Assembly (NCBI GenBank): GCA_965223705.1
Contig: OZ245015.1
Location: forward strand, 1,792,001 to 1,856,000
Length of the DNA: 64,000 nucleotides
From: Myxococcota bacterium
Lineage (GTDB): Bacteria; Myxococcota_A; UBA9160; UBA6930
Reading direction: 5' to 3'
Positions 44,748 to 53,703 of the stretch are shown here, one piece after another. The notes beneath the pieces are model-generated. The model saw only the letters and a list, made by a program, of their open reading frames with translations, searched no databases and was not told where the DNA came from. A program made the translations under genes and the position numbers. Each line of letters opens with the position of its first letter. The first letter of the stretch is position 1.

Positions 44748-45263
44748 TCACGCGCGAGGGTGAAATCCGACCTCAGGGGACCAGTCATACGCAACGAACC
44801 GCCCTGGATCCGTTCGCTCAATCCTCTCAACGAGATCTTCGGGCAGTTGGCTTCGTCCGCCGGCGTCCCACCATTCCCGAACCCCTGGCCAGAAGTGAAT
44901 GAAACCCGCGACGTTCTCGATCTCAGACCGGAAGACCTCGTCAGAGATCGTCCCACGTTGGTGAAGATCTTGGACCACTTTCGCAGCTTGAATCGCTGTA
45001 TGGCACCAGAGCCCGAACTGCACCCAGTTCTCTTGGGTGAGCGCCCTCGAATCCTTGAGCCCGGCGCCAATGGCAGCCGACAAGTCCTTGCTTTGGGCGG
45101 GGAGACTTTGAACAGCGGAACGTGCCGCTTGCCAAGACTGCACGGCCGTTGCTTCCTGTGCGGCTGTGCCTTGTCTCACCTGCAGCGCCAGGTAAACCAG
45201 TGTTACGAGGACGGCCAGGGCGCCGACTACCTCCCCGATTGCTCCGACGGCTTCCCAGTTCAT
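44748..45263 (-). CDS. Membrane-anchored protein of the 'MNWEAxGAIGE' family
   Basis: MNWEAVGAIGEVVGALAVLVTLVYLALQVRQ...PGVREWW. Confidence 0.75.
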   Translation of the reverse strand: MNWEAVGAIGEVVGALAVLVTLVYLALQVRQGTAAQEATAVQSWQAARSAVQSLPAQSKDLSAAIGAGLKDSRALTQENWVQFGLWCHTAIQAAKVVQDLHQRGTISDEVFRSEIENVAGFIHFWPGVREWWDAGGRSQLPEDLVERIERTDPGRFVAYDWSPEVGFHPRA

Positions 45264-45267
45264 CCTG

Positions 45268-45891
45268 TCACCCTTCCGACAATCCAGCGGCTCTTCGCCA
45301 CTCGCGATACCACACGACATGGCCGACGATCGTCGCCAGGCCACCGGTTACGATCACGAGAGCAGCGGTGCCCAACCCGATTCGACCTGCGTGCAACAGC
45401 CCGGCAAAGGGCAGCATGGCCGCGCCAGCAACTAGATGAATGAGACCGCTAGCTCTATGCGAGTCGACACCTCCCGGGATCTCGTCGTCCTCTGCGTAAA
45501 GCCGCCCGAAATCACGGAACGCTACCCAGGCGGTCATGATGAGGATCGGGGAGACGTACATCCACGCCACTGCGTGACCGGCACCTATCGTCGACACGAA
45601 GAAATTGAGCGCGACTGCCGCAATGATGGGGACCAAAGCGTGTCTAGGTGTGAACACCGGACGGACACAGGCAGCGTGCACAGACTGCGTGAACCAAAAC
45701 TCCAGTGGAGCAAACGTCAGCACGAAGAACTGTGCCCAAACGAAGATGTTCTCGGGAGTTGGCGATCCGAGGTCCCGGAAATCACCGAAGGCGCTCACTA
45801 GATTTTCGTACACCAGAGCGACGATCAAGCTGACCATCGTCATGAAGATCGCGGGGTAGTTCTCGCCGAGCCGGGCTTCGATGACGCTCAT
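45268..45891 (-). CDS. Multi-pass membrane protein
   Basis: 207 aa with about 6 hydrophobic segments; stops 4 nt before the next start. Confidence 0.6.
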   Translation of the reverse strand: MSVIEARLGENYPAIFMTMVSLIVALVYENLVSAFGDFRDLGSPTPENIFVWAQFFVLTFAPLEFWFTQSVHAACVRPVFTPRHALVPIIAAVALNFFVSTIGAGHAVAWMYVSPILIMTAWVAFRDFGRLYAEDDEIPGGVDSHRASGLIHLVAGAAMLPFAGLLHAGRIGLGTAALVIVTGGLATIVGHVVWYREWRRAAGLSEG

Positions 45892-45907
45892 GACGGCCGC
45901 CTCATGG

Positions 45908-46042
45908 CTATGCCACCTCCGCGGGGGCCTTCAGCCCGGCCTCAGTGAAAATGAACCGCACCTGCGCCGCCAAATACACCGAGGTCACGAGCGCCGCTCC
46001 GCCTATGAATTCTCCGAGGTGCGCGAGTTGTGTGAGGTTCAT
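45908..46042 (-). pseudogene. 44-aa N-terminal stub of the same membrane-anchored family
   Basis: MNLTQLAHLGEFIGGAALVTSVYLAAQVR...*. Confidence 0.6.
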
Positions 46043-46044
46043 GG

Positions 46045-46554
46045 CTAGGCCTCCCCAACGTTCGGGCGGTAGTAGGGAAGGAGATCCGTGACCTTTGGGT
46101 ACTTGGATTTTTCGGACTCAATAAATGAGACAAAAGCAGGATCCAGACCGACTTTGATCGAATCCCACCAGGGGTGAACTCCTTCAACGTTAATCACGAT
46201 CGCATTGAACCCAATTGCAACGTTGAGGATGTCTGGGTCGCTCAAACCACGCTGCTTTAGCATGAATGCGGTCTGGGCAAGCATCATGTGAGTGATGAAC
46301 TGATGGCTGGCTGCCGTTTTATCGTCGTTGTTCAGAGCTTCAAAATCCACCATTGCCCGCCGAATGATCTTGCTGATACCCGGCCTCGCGCCCTCCCTCA
46401 TGACCGCGTTGTACTCGTGGAGGAATGATCGAACCGTTTCGGCACTCGCGAGCTTGTTACTGTGGCGCACTTGGAGCCCAACGAAGAGCAGCGATGCAAC
46501 CACCGCCACGCCCCCGACCAGTTCTCCGATCGCCCCGAGTTCCATGATGTCCAT
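46045..46554 (-). CDS. Membrane-anchored protein, same family
   Basis: MDIMELGAIGELVGGVAVVASLLFVGLQVRH...GVHPWW...DPAFV; GGAGG RBS. Confidence 0.75.
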   Translation of the reverse strand: MDIMELGAIGELVGGVAVVASLLFVGLQVRHSNKLASAETVRSFLHEYNAVMREGARPGISKIIRRAMVDFEALNNDDKTAASHQFITHMMLAQTAFMLKQRGLSDPDILNVAIGFNAIVINVEGVHPWWDSIKVGLDPAFVSFIESEKSKYPKVTDLLPYYRPNVGEA

Positions 46555-46709
46555 GTCGGCCTCCTCCCTTCGGATGAATGGAATTCTCGCATGGCGCGGT
46601 CGCTGGGCTGCAACTTCTCGATCGATGGCATGTCGCGCTGAAGCCCTAGGGGCGCAACGCCAGTTCCTCCCAGGAGCTCCCCCTATCTCGAGAAGTTTCG
46701 AGCTCCCGA

Positions 46710-46950
46710 CTGATGGCTTACCGAGCGGGGTAGGCGATCGAGTGTTGGTGAGTCGACGTCGCGCCGCTTGGCGAGGCGCATGAGCTCGTCGAGTGCGGGA
46801 CGCATGTCCTTAACGCCGGAAGTGCTGTGGTCGGTAAACCCGTGAGTGACTGTGAAAGCCGCGAGCGGCCGAGTGCTGGCGGAGAGGTTCAATCTAGACT
46901 TCTGGGACCGATCGGTGGCGGAGACCCTGGCGTAGCGAGAGGCGCGTAAC
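46710..46950 (-). pseudogene. Decayed serine recombinase (resolvase/invertase)
   Basis: YARVS, D...SG...RPALDELMRLA.RR.VD, LDRL.RS; internal deletions and no C-terminus. Confidence 0.75.
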
Positions 46951-47021
46951 GCGAAGTCGTGTAGGTGCCAAGTGGTTCGTGGCACACTTCCCCGAGTTCG
47001 ATGCGAAGGAGGATTGCGAAC

Positions 47022-47480
47022 ATGGATCTTAACCAACTAGCAAATGTGGGGGAGTTCATTGGCGGAGTCGCCGTCATCGTGTCGCTGCTGTTCGTCGGAT
47101 TCGAAATTCGTCAGACCAACGCGACTCTGAAGTCCACCACTAGCTATGAAGCGTTGAAGAACTTCAACGGACTGAACGAGGTGTTTATCGCAGATGCGTC
47201 TCTGTCCTCGCTCGTGTATCGACTCGAATGCGGGGAAGAGAATCTCGATGCCGACGAAAAGGCGCGCCTCCACTACTGCCTTCGCACTGCTTTTCAGCAC
47301 ATGGCGGCGCAGCAGTTCCTTCATCGTCGCGGACTCTTAGAAGACTCACTCTGGGAGCGATACATAACATTCGCTAGAGCGATTACGAGCACAGGGTATG
47401 GGGCTGAGTGGTGGGCCGCCGATTCGGTTCGTGCGCCCTATCCGCCGGAGTTCGTTCGCACATTGAACAAGAGAGCATAG
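47022..47480 (+). CDS. Membrane-anchored protein, same family
   Basis: MDLNQLANVGEFIGGVAVIVSLLFVGFEIRQ...GAEWW...YPPEFV; AAGGAGG RBS. Confidence 0.78.
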   Translation: MDLNQLANVGEFIGGVAVIVSLLFVGFEIRQTNATLKSTTSYEALKNFNGLNEVFIADASLSSLVYRLECGEENLDADEKARLHYCLRTAFQHMAAQQFLHRRGLLEDSLWERYITFARAITSTGYGAEWWAADSVRAPYPPEFVRTLNKRA

Positions 47481-47482
47481 TT

Positions 47483-47620
47483 GTGGCCGCGTTAGAGCTC
47501 ATAAGCCTCCGGGAGTTTGTCGGTGGTGTCGCAATGCTGGTCACGTCGGTCTACCTCGCGGTCCAGCTGGCGGGTAGGCATCATGTCGGGCCTAGCCGGA
47601 GGTTCGATGGACGAACTTGA
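47483..47620 (+). pseudogene. 45-aa N-terminal stub of the same family
   Basis: ...REFVGGVAMLVTSVYLAVQL...*. Confidence 0.5.
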
Positions 47621-48548
47621 GGCAGGCCGACTCTACCCATGGGAAGAGCTTGGAGAGCTGTTTGGCTTCGCGCCCAACTACCTCGGGGCGGCCGGCGGCA
47701 TGGTCAGCCGTCCCAACCACAATGCGCTGCTTCTGATTTCTCATCCAGGCGGAGCAAAGTCGTTCGACTACGACGACTACTGGGACGGAGACGATCTCGT
47801 CTACACGGGTCGAGGGAAGACAGGAGACCAGAGACTAGAAGGCCAGAATCGAGATGTGGCTGAAAATGCCAAGCAACTCTTGGTTTTCGAGCCCGCGGGA
47901 AGCAGAAAGCTCTTATACCTAGGGATCTGTGTTTGCCTTGACCACTGGGAGGCAACCGGCACCGATGACAATGGGAACGAGCGAAAAATCCTTCGGTTCC
48001 ATCTTTCGTTCGAAGAGCCCATACCAAAGTCAAGTGAGGCGCTGAATTCCTCAGCTAGGCGACGGGATCCCCCGAGGCGCCGGCCCCGGAAGCTTCGAAG
48101 CTCGCTACCGGCACCCCCGAAGGCCAACACGAAGCATCAGAGTCGCGAGGAGACCCTGGCTCTGCAGGAGAAGGCCAACGAAAAGCACCACATGATGCTC
48201 TTGGCATTGGAGCAATGGCTCCAGGCTAGTGGTTGGACCGAGATCGAAGAAATTCCATCGGCTATCGACCTCTGGGCACGCCATCCAACGAAAGATGGAC
48301 GAGTCATCTTCGAAGCCAAAACGATCCACCTGGACAATGAGGTGAGTCAATCGCGATCTGGGCTCTCTCAGTTGCTTGAGTATCGGTTCTTCTTCGGATC
48401 TCCGGAAGACGAGCTCTGCTTGGTCTGCGATTCGACGCTTTCTGATAGCCGAATTCGGTTCCTGGAGGATTCGGGCGTCGCGGTTCTCAGCTGGAATGGT
48501 CAGTCGATGACGCCGGTCGGCGTCAGGTATCGGTCCATGCTCGCGTAA
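47607..48548 (+). CDS. SRA-like domain + PD-(D/E)XK nuclease (putative modification-dependent restriction enzyme)
   Basis: GGM, YDDYWDGDDLVYTGRGKTGDQRL...N (SRA-type); IDLW...IFEAKT...GLSQLLEY (PD-(D/E)XK). Confidence 0.72.
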   Translation: MDELEAGRLYPWEELGELFGFAPNYLGAAGGMVSRPNHNALLLISHPGGAKSFDYDDYWDGDDLVYTGRGKTGDQRLEGQNRDVAENAKQLLVFEPAGSRKLLYLGICVCLDHWEATGTDDNGNERKILRFHLSFEEPIPKSSEALNSSARRRDPPRRRPRKLRSSLPAPPKANTKHQSREETLALQEKANEKHHMMLLALEQWLQASGWTEIEEIPSAIDLWARHPTKDGRVIFEAKTIHLDNEVSQSRSGLSQLLEYRFFFGSPEDELCLVCDSTLSDSRIRFLEDSGVAVLSWNGQSMTPVGVRYRSMLA

Positions 48549-48900
48549 GCCCCGTGACCGGACGCGGTCGAAGGCGGGGGAGGGCTAGACGCAAATTGTT
48601 CATGGGCGGCTATCTCCTAGTTGTACACGTCGTTGTCTGATCGAGACGCCCTGCGCACCCGAGGCTCGACGGGAAGGCCGAGAGGGCTGACGAACGAACG
48701 CACGACGTCGGAGGCTGGTGTGCTGCTGGTATCTTCGGCTGACGAAACTTGTGGCGCGAATCTGGCGCGAACTCATGCAAATAGTGCCAAAACGGGCCCG
48801 TAAGGTCCTGAGTTGACGTCGACGCTAAATCGCTGCAACGTATCGGTATTGCAAAGAAAAGGGGCTAGCTGCGCGAACCGCAAAGGGTTCAATAAAGACT

Positions 48901-48977
48901 GGGACGTTAGCTCAGTTGGCTAGAGCGCTGTGTTCACACCGCAGAGGTCACTGGTTCGAATCCAGTACGTCCCACCA
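48901..48977 (+). tRNA. tRNA-Val(CAC)
   Basis: Acceptor GGGACGT/ACGTCCC, D arm AGCTCAGTTGGCTAGAGC, anticodon arm CTGTG-TTCACAC-CGCAG, GGTTCGAATCC, encoded CCA. Confidence 0.96.
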
Positions 48978-49059
48978 CCACGGTCTGCGCGACACCTAGC
49001 TCTCGACCGACAGATTGATCGCATCGGCTCGGGCAGGCCGTGCTTATAATACGGCCCGT

Positions 49060-49617
49060 ATGCCCCCCGAAATCTCCCGACGCGACTTCCTCACAGTGAC
49101 CGCCGGCGCTGTGCTTGGACGCCTTGCCTTCAGCGCTGGGCCCGTTGCACTACTCGCGCCGACGACGACCTGGGCGCTTTCGCCGAAGGTGCTCACCGCG
49201 GAGGAAGCTGCGCAGTTGCTCTCGGTCGTGCGGCGTATCTATCCGCACGAAACCCTCGAAGACGCCGTCTACGCACTCGTTGTCAAAGACCTCGACGCCG
49301 AGGCGGGCGGCAACCCCGAAGTCGCGGCGTTGCTCAAGGAGGGGCTGGCGGAGCTCGACGCCGCCAATGAAGGGGGCTGGCGAGGTGCCGCCCCCGGGCG
49401 CCAACTGGCGCTTCTCAAGGAGCGCGAGACGACGCCCTTCTTTCAAAAGGTGCGGAGTACCGCTGTGGTTTCTCTCTACAACAACGAGCTGGCGTTCGCG
49501 CACTTCGGCTACGAGGGCGCCGCGTTCGAACAGGGCGGCTATCTCATTCGCGGTTTCGACGATCTCGATTGGCTGCCAGCGCCCGACGCCGCCGCAAGCC
49601 CGCCGAGGCCGGCATGA
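49060..49617 (+). CDS. Tat-exported partner subunit of the GMC dehydrogenase (gluconate 2-DH subunit 3-like)
   Basis: SRRDFL twin-arginine motif; IYPH, FGYEG...GGY..RGFDDLDWL. Confidence 0.82.
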   Translation: MPPEISRRDFLTVTAGAVLGRLAFSAGPVALLAPTTTWALSPKVLTAEEAAQLLSVVRRIYPHETLEDAVYALVVKDLDAEAGGNPEVAALLKEGLAELDAANEGGWRGAAPGRQLALLKERETTPFFQKVRSTAVVSLYNNELAFAHFGYEGAAFEQGGYLIRGFDDLDWLPAPDAAASPPRPA

Positions 49618-51182
49618 CGCGCTTCGACCACGACGACAACTCGGTGGTGGTGGTGATCGGGTCGGGTGCGGGCGGCGGCACCCTGGCGAACGAGCTCTGT
49701 CAAAAAGGGATCTCCGTCGTTCTCCTCGAGGCGGGCAAGCGCGAGTCGCAGGCTTCCTTCGTGAACGACGAGTGGCCTTCCTTCAATCAGCTGGCGTGGC
49801 TCGACAAGCGCACGACCTCGGGCAGCTGGCGCGTCGCCAAGGACTTTCCCAATTTGCCCGCCTGGATCTGCAAGACCGTCGGTGGGACCACCACGCATTG
49901 GGCCGGGGCGAGCCTTCGCATCCGCGAGCACGAGTTCCGCGCGCGCAGTCACTACGGCGCGGTCGACGGCGCGAACCTCCTCGATTGGCCTCTCACGCTT
50001 GCGGAGCTCGAGCCCTACTACGCGAAGGCCGAGGCCAAGCTCGGGGTGACGCGCACCAACGATGTGGCGGGCCTACCGGGCAACAACAACTTCCGGGTGA
50101 TGTACGCCGGCGCGCAGAAGCTCGGGTACAAGAACTGTCACACCGGTCGCATGGCCATCAACAGTCGCCCGCGCGCCGGCCGCGCGTCGTGCCTCCAGCT
50201 GGGCTTCTGCTTCCAGGGCTGCAAATCCGGCGCGAAGTGGTCGACGCTCTACACCGAAATCCCCGCTGCTGAGGCGACGGGGAAGCTCGACCTGCGTCCC
50301 GAGAGCCACGCCTTGCAGATCACCCACGACGCGACCGGCAAGGTCACGGGCGTGGTCTATGCCGACGCGGACGGAAACCAGCACGCGCAACAAGCGCGCG
50401 CGGTGTGTGTCGCCGGGAACTCCATCGAAACGCCGCGCCTGCTCCTCCATTCGGCGAGCTCCATGTTTCCCGACGGCCTTGCGAACTCGTCAGGGCAGGT
50501 CGGTCGCAACTACATGCGGCACACGACGGGTTCGGTCTACGCGACCTTCGAGAACCCTGTTCACATGTACCGCGGTACGACGATGGCCGGCATCATCACC
50601 GACGAGAGCCGGCACGACCCGAGCCGCGGTTTCGTCGGTGGCTACGAGATGGAGACCATCGCGCTCGGTCTTCCGTTCATGGCGGCGTTCCTCGACCCCG
50701 GCGCGTGGGGAGCCGAGTTCACGCACGTGCTCGATCAATACACCCACACGGCAGGGATGTGGATCGTCGGCGAAGACATGCCGCGAGAGAGCAATCGCAT
50801 CACGCTCCATGCGACGGAGAAGGACGCGAACGGCGTGCCGATCCCGAACGTTCACTTCGACGACCACCCGAACGACGAGGCGATGCGCGAGCACGGTTTC
50901 CGCCAGGGAAGCGCCGTCTACGAAGCCGCGGGCGCGCGTCAGGTGGTGCGCACGCCGCCTTATCCGTCGACGCACAACCTGGGCACGTGTCGGATGAGCG
51001 CCGAGCCCAAGGACGGCGTGTGCAACCGCTTCGGCCAGACCCACGATGTGCCGAACCTCTTCATTTCCGACGGAAGCCAGTTCACCACCGGCGCCGCCGA
51101 GAACCCGACGCTGACCATCGTCACCCTGGCGATCCGCCAAGCGGATCACATCGCCACGCAGCTGAAACAGCAAGCGCTCTAG
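49614..51182 (+). CDS. GMC family oxidoreductase (FAD)
   Basis: VIGSGAGGG, VGGTTTHWAG, C...GFC...C, GRNYMRH, HNLGTCRM, ENPTLTI. Confidence 0.93.
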   Translation: MTRFDHDDNSVVVVIGSGAGGGTLANELCQKGISVVLLEAGKRESQASFVNDEWPSFNQLAWLDKRTTSGSWRVAKDFPNLPAWICKTVGGTTTHWAGASLRIREHEFRARSHYGAVDGANLLDWPLTLAELEPYYAKAEAKLGVTRTNDVAGLPGNNNFRVMYAGAQKLGYKNCHTGRMAINSRPRAGRASCLQLGFCFQGCKSGAKWSTLYTEIPAAEATGKLDLRPESHALQITHDATGKVTGVVYADADGNQHAQQARAVCVAGNSIETPRLLLHSASSMFPDGLANSSGQVGRNYMRHTTGSVYATFENPVHMYRGTTMAGIITDESRHDPSRGFVGGYEMETIALGLPFMAAFLDPGAWGAEFTHVLDQYTHTAGMWIVGEDMPRESNRITLHATEKDANGVPIPNVHFDDHPNDEAMREHGFRQGSAVYEAAGARQVVRTPPYPSTHNLGTCRMSAEPKDGVCNRFGQTHDVPNLFISDGSQFTTGAAENPTLTIVTLAIRQADHIATQLKQQAL

Positions 51183-51187
51183 GCGAC

Positions 51188-51937
51188 ATGAAGGACGCGG
51201 AACGCTCCCTCGTTCAGCAGGCGACGAGCCTCGAGGAGGGACAGCTCGACGCCGAAGAACTCGAGGCGCACCGCTCCGCACACGAGCGCTGGGTGGCCAG
51301 CGAGGGACGGGAGGGGAGGCCTCTCACGCTGCCGGGGGCGAACCTTCGCTACGCCATGCTGTTCGAAGCCTGCGTGCGCGGCGCCAAGCTGGCCGGTGCC
51401 GACCTCTTTCACGCGAATCTCCGCGACTGTGATCTGGAAGCGTCGGAGCTCCGCGGCGCCCAGCTCGAGGGCGCGAGCATGGTGAACACGAATCTCACGG
51501 GCGCCGATCTTCGCGACGCGAACCTCGATAAATGCGTCGCTCCCGGTTCGATCTTCCGCGCGGCGAACGCGGTGTCGGCGAGCCTTTGCGAGGCGAACCT
51601 GCTGGGCGCCGACTTGTCGGGCGCAGACCTCCGAGGCGCCGATCTGCGAGACGCGAATCTCGCCGGGAGCAACCTCGCCGGTGTCGACCTCCGCGAGGCC
51701 TGTCTCGAGGGCGCAAAGCTGATGATGGTCGATCTCAGTGGCGCGACCCTCAGGGGTGCGTCGCTCGACCGAGCCGTGATGTTCGGAACAACGCTCGCCG
51801 CGACCGATCTCCGAGGAACGGATCTCACGGGCGCGGAAGGCCTCACCCCGCCTCAGGTCGAGACGGCGCAGGGCGACGCGGAAACCCGCTTGCCCGAATC
51901 GCTAGGCGATGTTCGCTTACAGGGCGGAACCGAGTAA
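51188..51937 (+). CDS. Pentapeptide repeat protein
   Basis: Many tandem A(D/N)LxG/R pentapeptides; N-terminal H..WV...GREG. Confidence 0.9.
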   Translation: MKDAERSLVQQATSLEEGQLDAEELEAHRSAHERWVASEGREGRPLTLPGANLRYAMLFEACVRGAKLAGADLFHANLRDCDLEASELRGAQLEGASMVNTNLTGADLRDANLDKCVAPGSIFRAANAVSASLCEANLLGADLSGADLRGADLRDANLAGSNLAGVDLREACLEGAKLMMVDLSGATLRGASLDRAVMFGTTLAATDLRGTDLTGAEGLTPPQVETAQGDAETRLPESLGDVRLQGGTE

Positions 51938-52023
51938 ACCGCGGCGCTCATTGTACTTGGCCCCCTCGGTTGCAGGGGATATGATCGATCAGAAGCCCCT
52001 TTCTTGGGGCGTCGGAGGGCCGG

Positions 52024-53688
52024 ATGTCTGCATCACTCACACTCTCGAAGATCATCAAGCAGAAGGGGATCAGCCTCTCCGAGGCGACCCAGCGAATCGC
52101 CGATCTGGGTTGGGCTCCGTCGTACTTCGACGAGGTCTTGAAGTACCCGACCGACTACAAGATCGAGAAAGCCCCCAAGGACCCGATGAAGCAGGTCCTG
52201 CGCTCCTACTTCCCCATGCAGGAAGAGAAGGACAACCGCGTCTACGGCGCGCTCGACGCGGCGCTGCGCGGCGACATGTTCCGCAATGTCGAACCCCGCT
52301 GGATCGAGTGGCAAAAGCTCTTCCTCGGGATCATCCCCTTCCCGGAGATCTCAGCGGCGCGGTCGATGGCGATCGAGTCCCAGATTGCACCCGGTGAGAA
52401 CCTCCGCACCGGCTTTACGATGCAGATGATCGATGAGCTCCGGCACTCGACGATTCAGATGAATCTCAAGAAGTGGTACATGGAGAACTACATCGATCCC
52501 GCGGGCTTCGACATCACCGAGGAAGCCTTCGGCAAGTGCTACGCCACCACGATCGGCCGCCAGTTCGGCGAGGGTTTCATCACCGGCGACGCGGTAACCG
52601 CGACGAACATCTACCTCCAGGTAGTCGCCGAGACGGCCTTCACCAACACGCTCTTCGTCGCCATGCCCTCCGAAGCGGCTCGCAACGGCGATTACGCCCT
52701 GCCGACGGTGTTCCTCTCGGTGCAGTCCGACGAATCGCGGCACATCGGCAACGGCCACTCGTTCCTGATGTCGATCATCAAGGAGCCGGAGAACCTCGAG
52801 CTGATCGAGCGCGATCTCCGCTACTCGTTCTGGCAGAACCACGCCATCGTCGATGCCGCCATCGGCACCATCATCGAGTACGGCACGAAGGACCGCGACA
52901 AGAACAAGGAGTCCTACGCCGAGCTCTGGCACCGCTGGATCTTCGACGACTACTACCGGACCTACATGCTGCCCCTCGAGAAGTATGGGGTGAAGATCCA
53001 TCACGACGACGTCGAAGAGGCGTGGAACCGCATCGTGAAGGGCGACTACGTTCACAAGGTCGCCCAGTTCTTCTCGATCGGTTGGCCGGTTGCCTTCTGG
53101 CGCATCGACGGAATGACTGAACGCGATTTCGAGTGGTTCGAGGCCAAGTATCCGGGTTGGTACAACAAATTCGGCACCTACTGGGAGAACTACCGCAAGG
53201 CCAGCCTGCCCGAACAAGCGCCGCTCCTCTACCTCGACTCGGGGTACGTCTATCCGCACCGCTGCTGGAGCTGCAACGTTCCGTGTCTCATCCGCGAAGA
53301 TTTCTGCGTGGATGAGGTCGAGGGCGAGCTCTACACCTACTGCTCCGAAGTCTGCCGCTGGACCCACAAGGTGGCCTTCGCCGGCGAGTACAACGGGCGA
53401 CCGACCCCTGCGATGGGACGCTTCAGCGGCCGGCGGCAGTGGGAAGAGGTCTATCACGGTTGGGATCTCGCCGACGCGATCAAAGATCTGGGCTTCGTGC
53501 GATCCGACGGCGAGACGCTCATCCAACAGCCGCACCTCCACTTCGACGATTCGAAGATGTGGAAGCTCGAGCACGTCCGGGGGTTGGAGCTCCGCAGTCC
53601 GCTGCTCGATCTCCGGGCCATGTCGCCGGAGGAGCGCGAGCGACACATCGCGGAGTACCGGGCCGGCTTTACCGAAAAGCCGATCTAG
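52024..53688 (+). CDS. prmA: Soluble di-iron monooxygenase hydroxylase alpha subunit (propane/acetone monooxygenase type)
   Basis: Di-iron ligands FPEISA, DELRH, AETAF, DESRH; KDPMKQVLRSYFPMQEEKDNRVYGA, PSEAARNGD, GRPTPAMG. Confidence 0.93.
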   Translation: MSASLTLSKIIKQKGISLSEATQRIADLGWAPSYFDEVLKYPTDYKIEKAPKDPMKQVLRSYFPMQEEKDNRVYGALDAALRGDMFRNVEPRWIEWQKLFLGIIPFPEISAARSMAIESQIAPGENLRTGFTMQMIDELRHSTIQMNLKKWYMENYIDPAGFDITEEAFGKCYATTIGRQFGEGFITGDAVTATNIYLQVVAETAFTNTLFVAMPSEAARNGDYALPTVFLSVQSDESRHIGNGHSFLMSIIKEPENLELIERDLRYSFWQNHAIVDAAIGTIIEYGTKDRDKNKESYAELWHRWIFDDYYRTYMLPLEKYGVKIHHDDVEEAWNRIVKGDYVHKVAQFFSIGWPVAFWRIDGMTERDFEWFEAKYPGWYNKFGTYWENYRKASLPEQAPLLYLDSGYVYPHRCWSCNVPCLIREDFCVDEVEGELYTYCSEVCRWTHKVAFAGEYNGRPTPAMGRFSGRRQWEEVYHGWDLADAIKDLGFVRSDGETLIQQPHLHFDDSKMWKLEHVRGLELRSPLLDLRAMSPEERERHIAEYRAGFTEKPI

Positions 53689-53703
53689 GGCACTAGCGAC
53701 ACG

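Noticed and set aside
48955..48977. attL/attR duplication of the tRNA-Val 3' end
   Set aside because: I saw no second copy of the tRNA 3' end and no intact integrase; the variable DNA lies on the 5' side of the tRNA
51340..51840. Repetitive DNA as a possible CRISPR or tandem array
   Set aside because: The 15-nt periodicity is explained by pentapeptide coding; no repeat-spacer structure or cas genes were seen in the window
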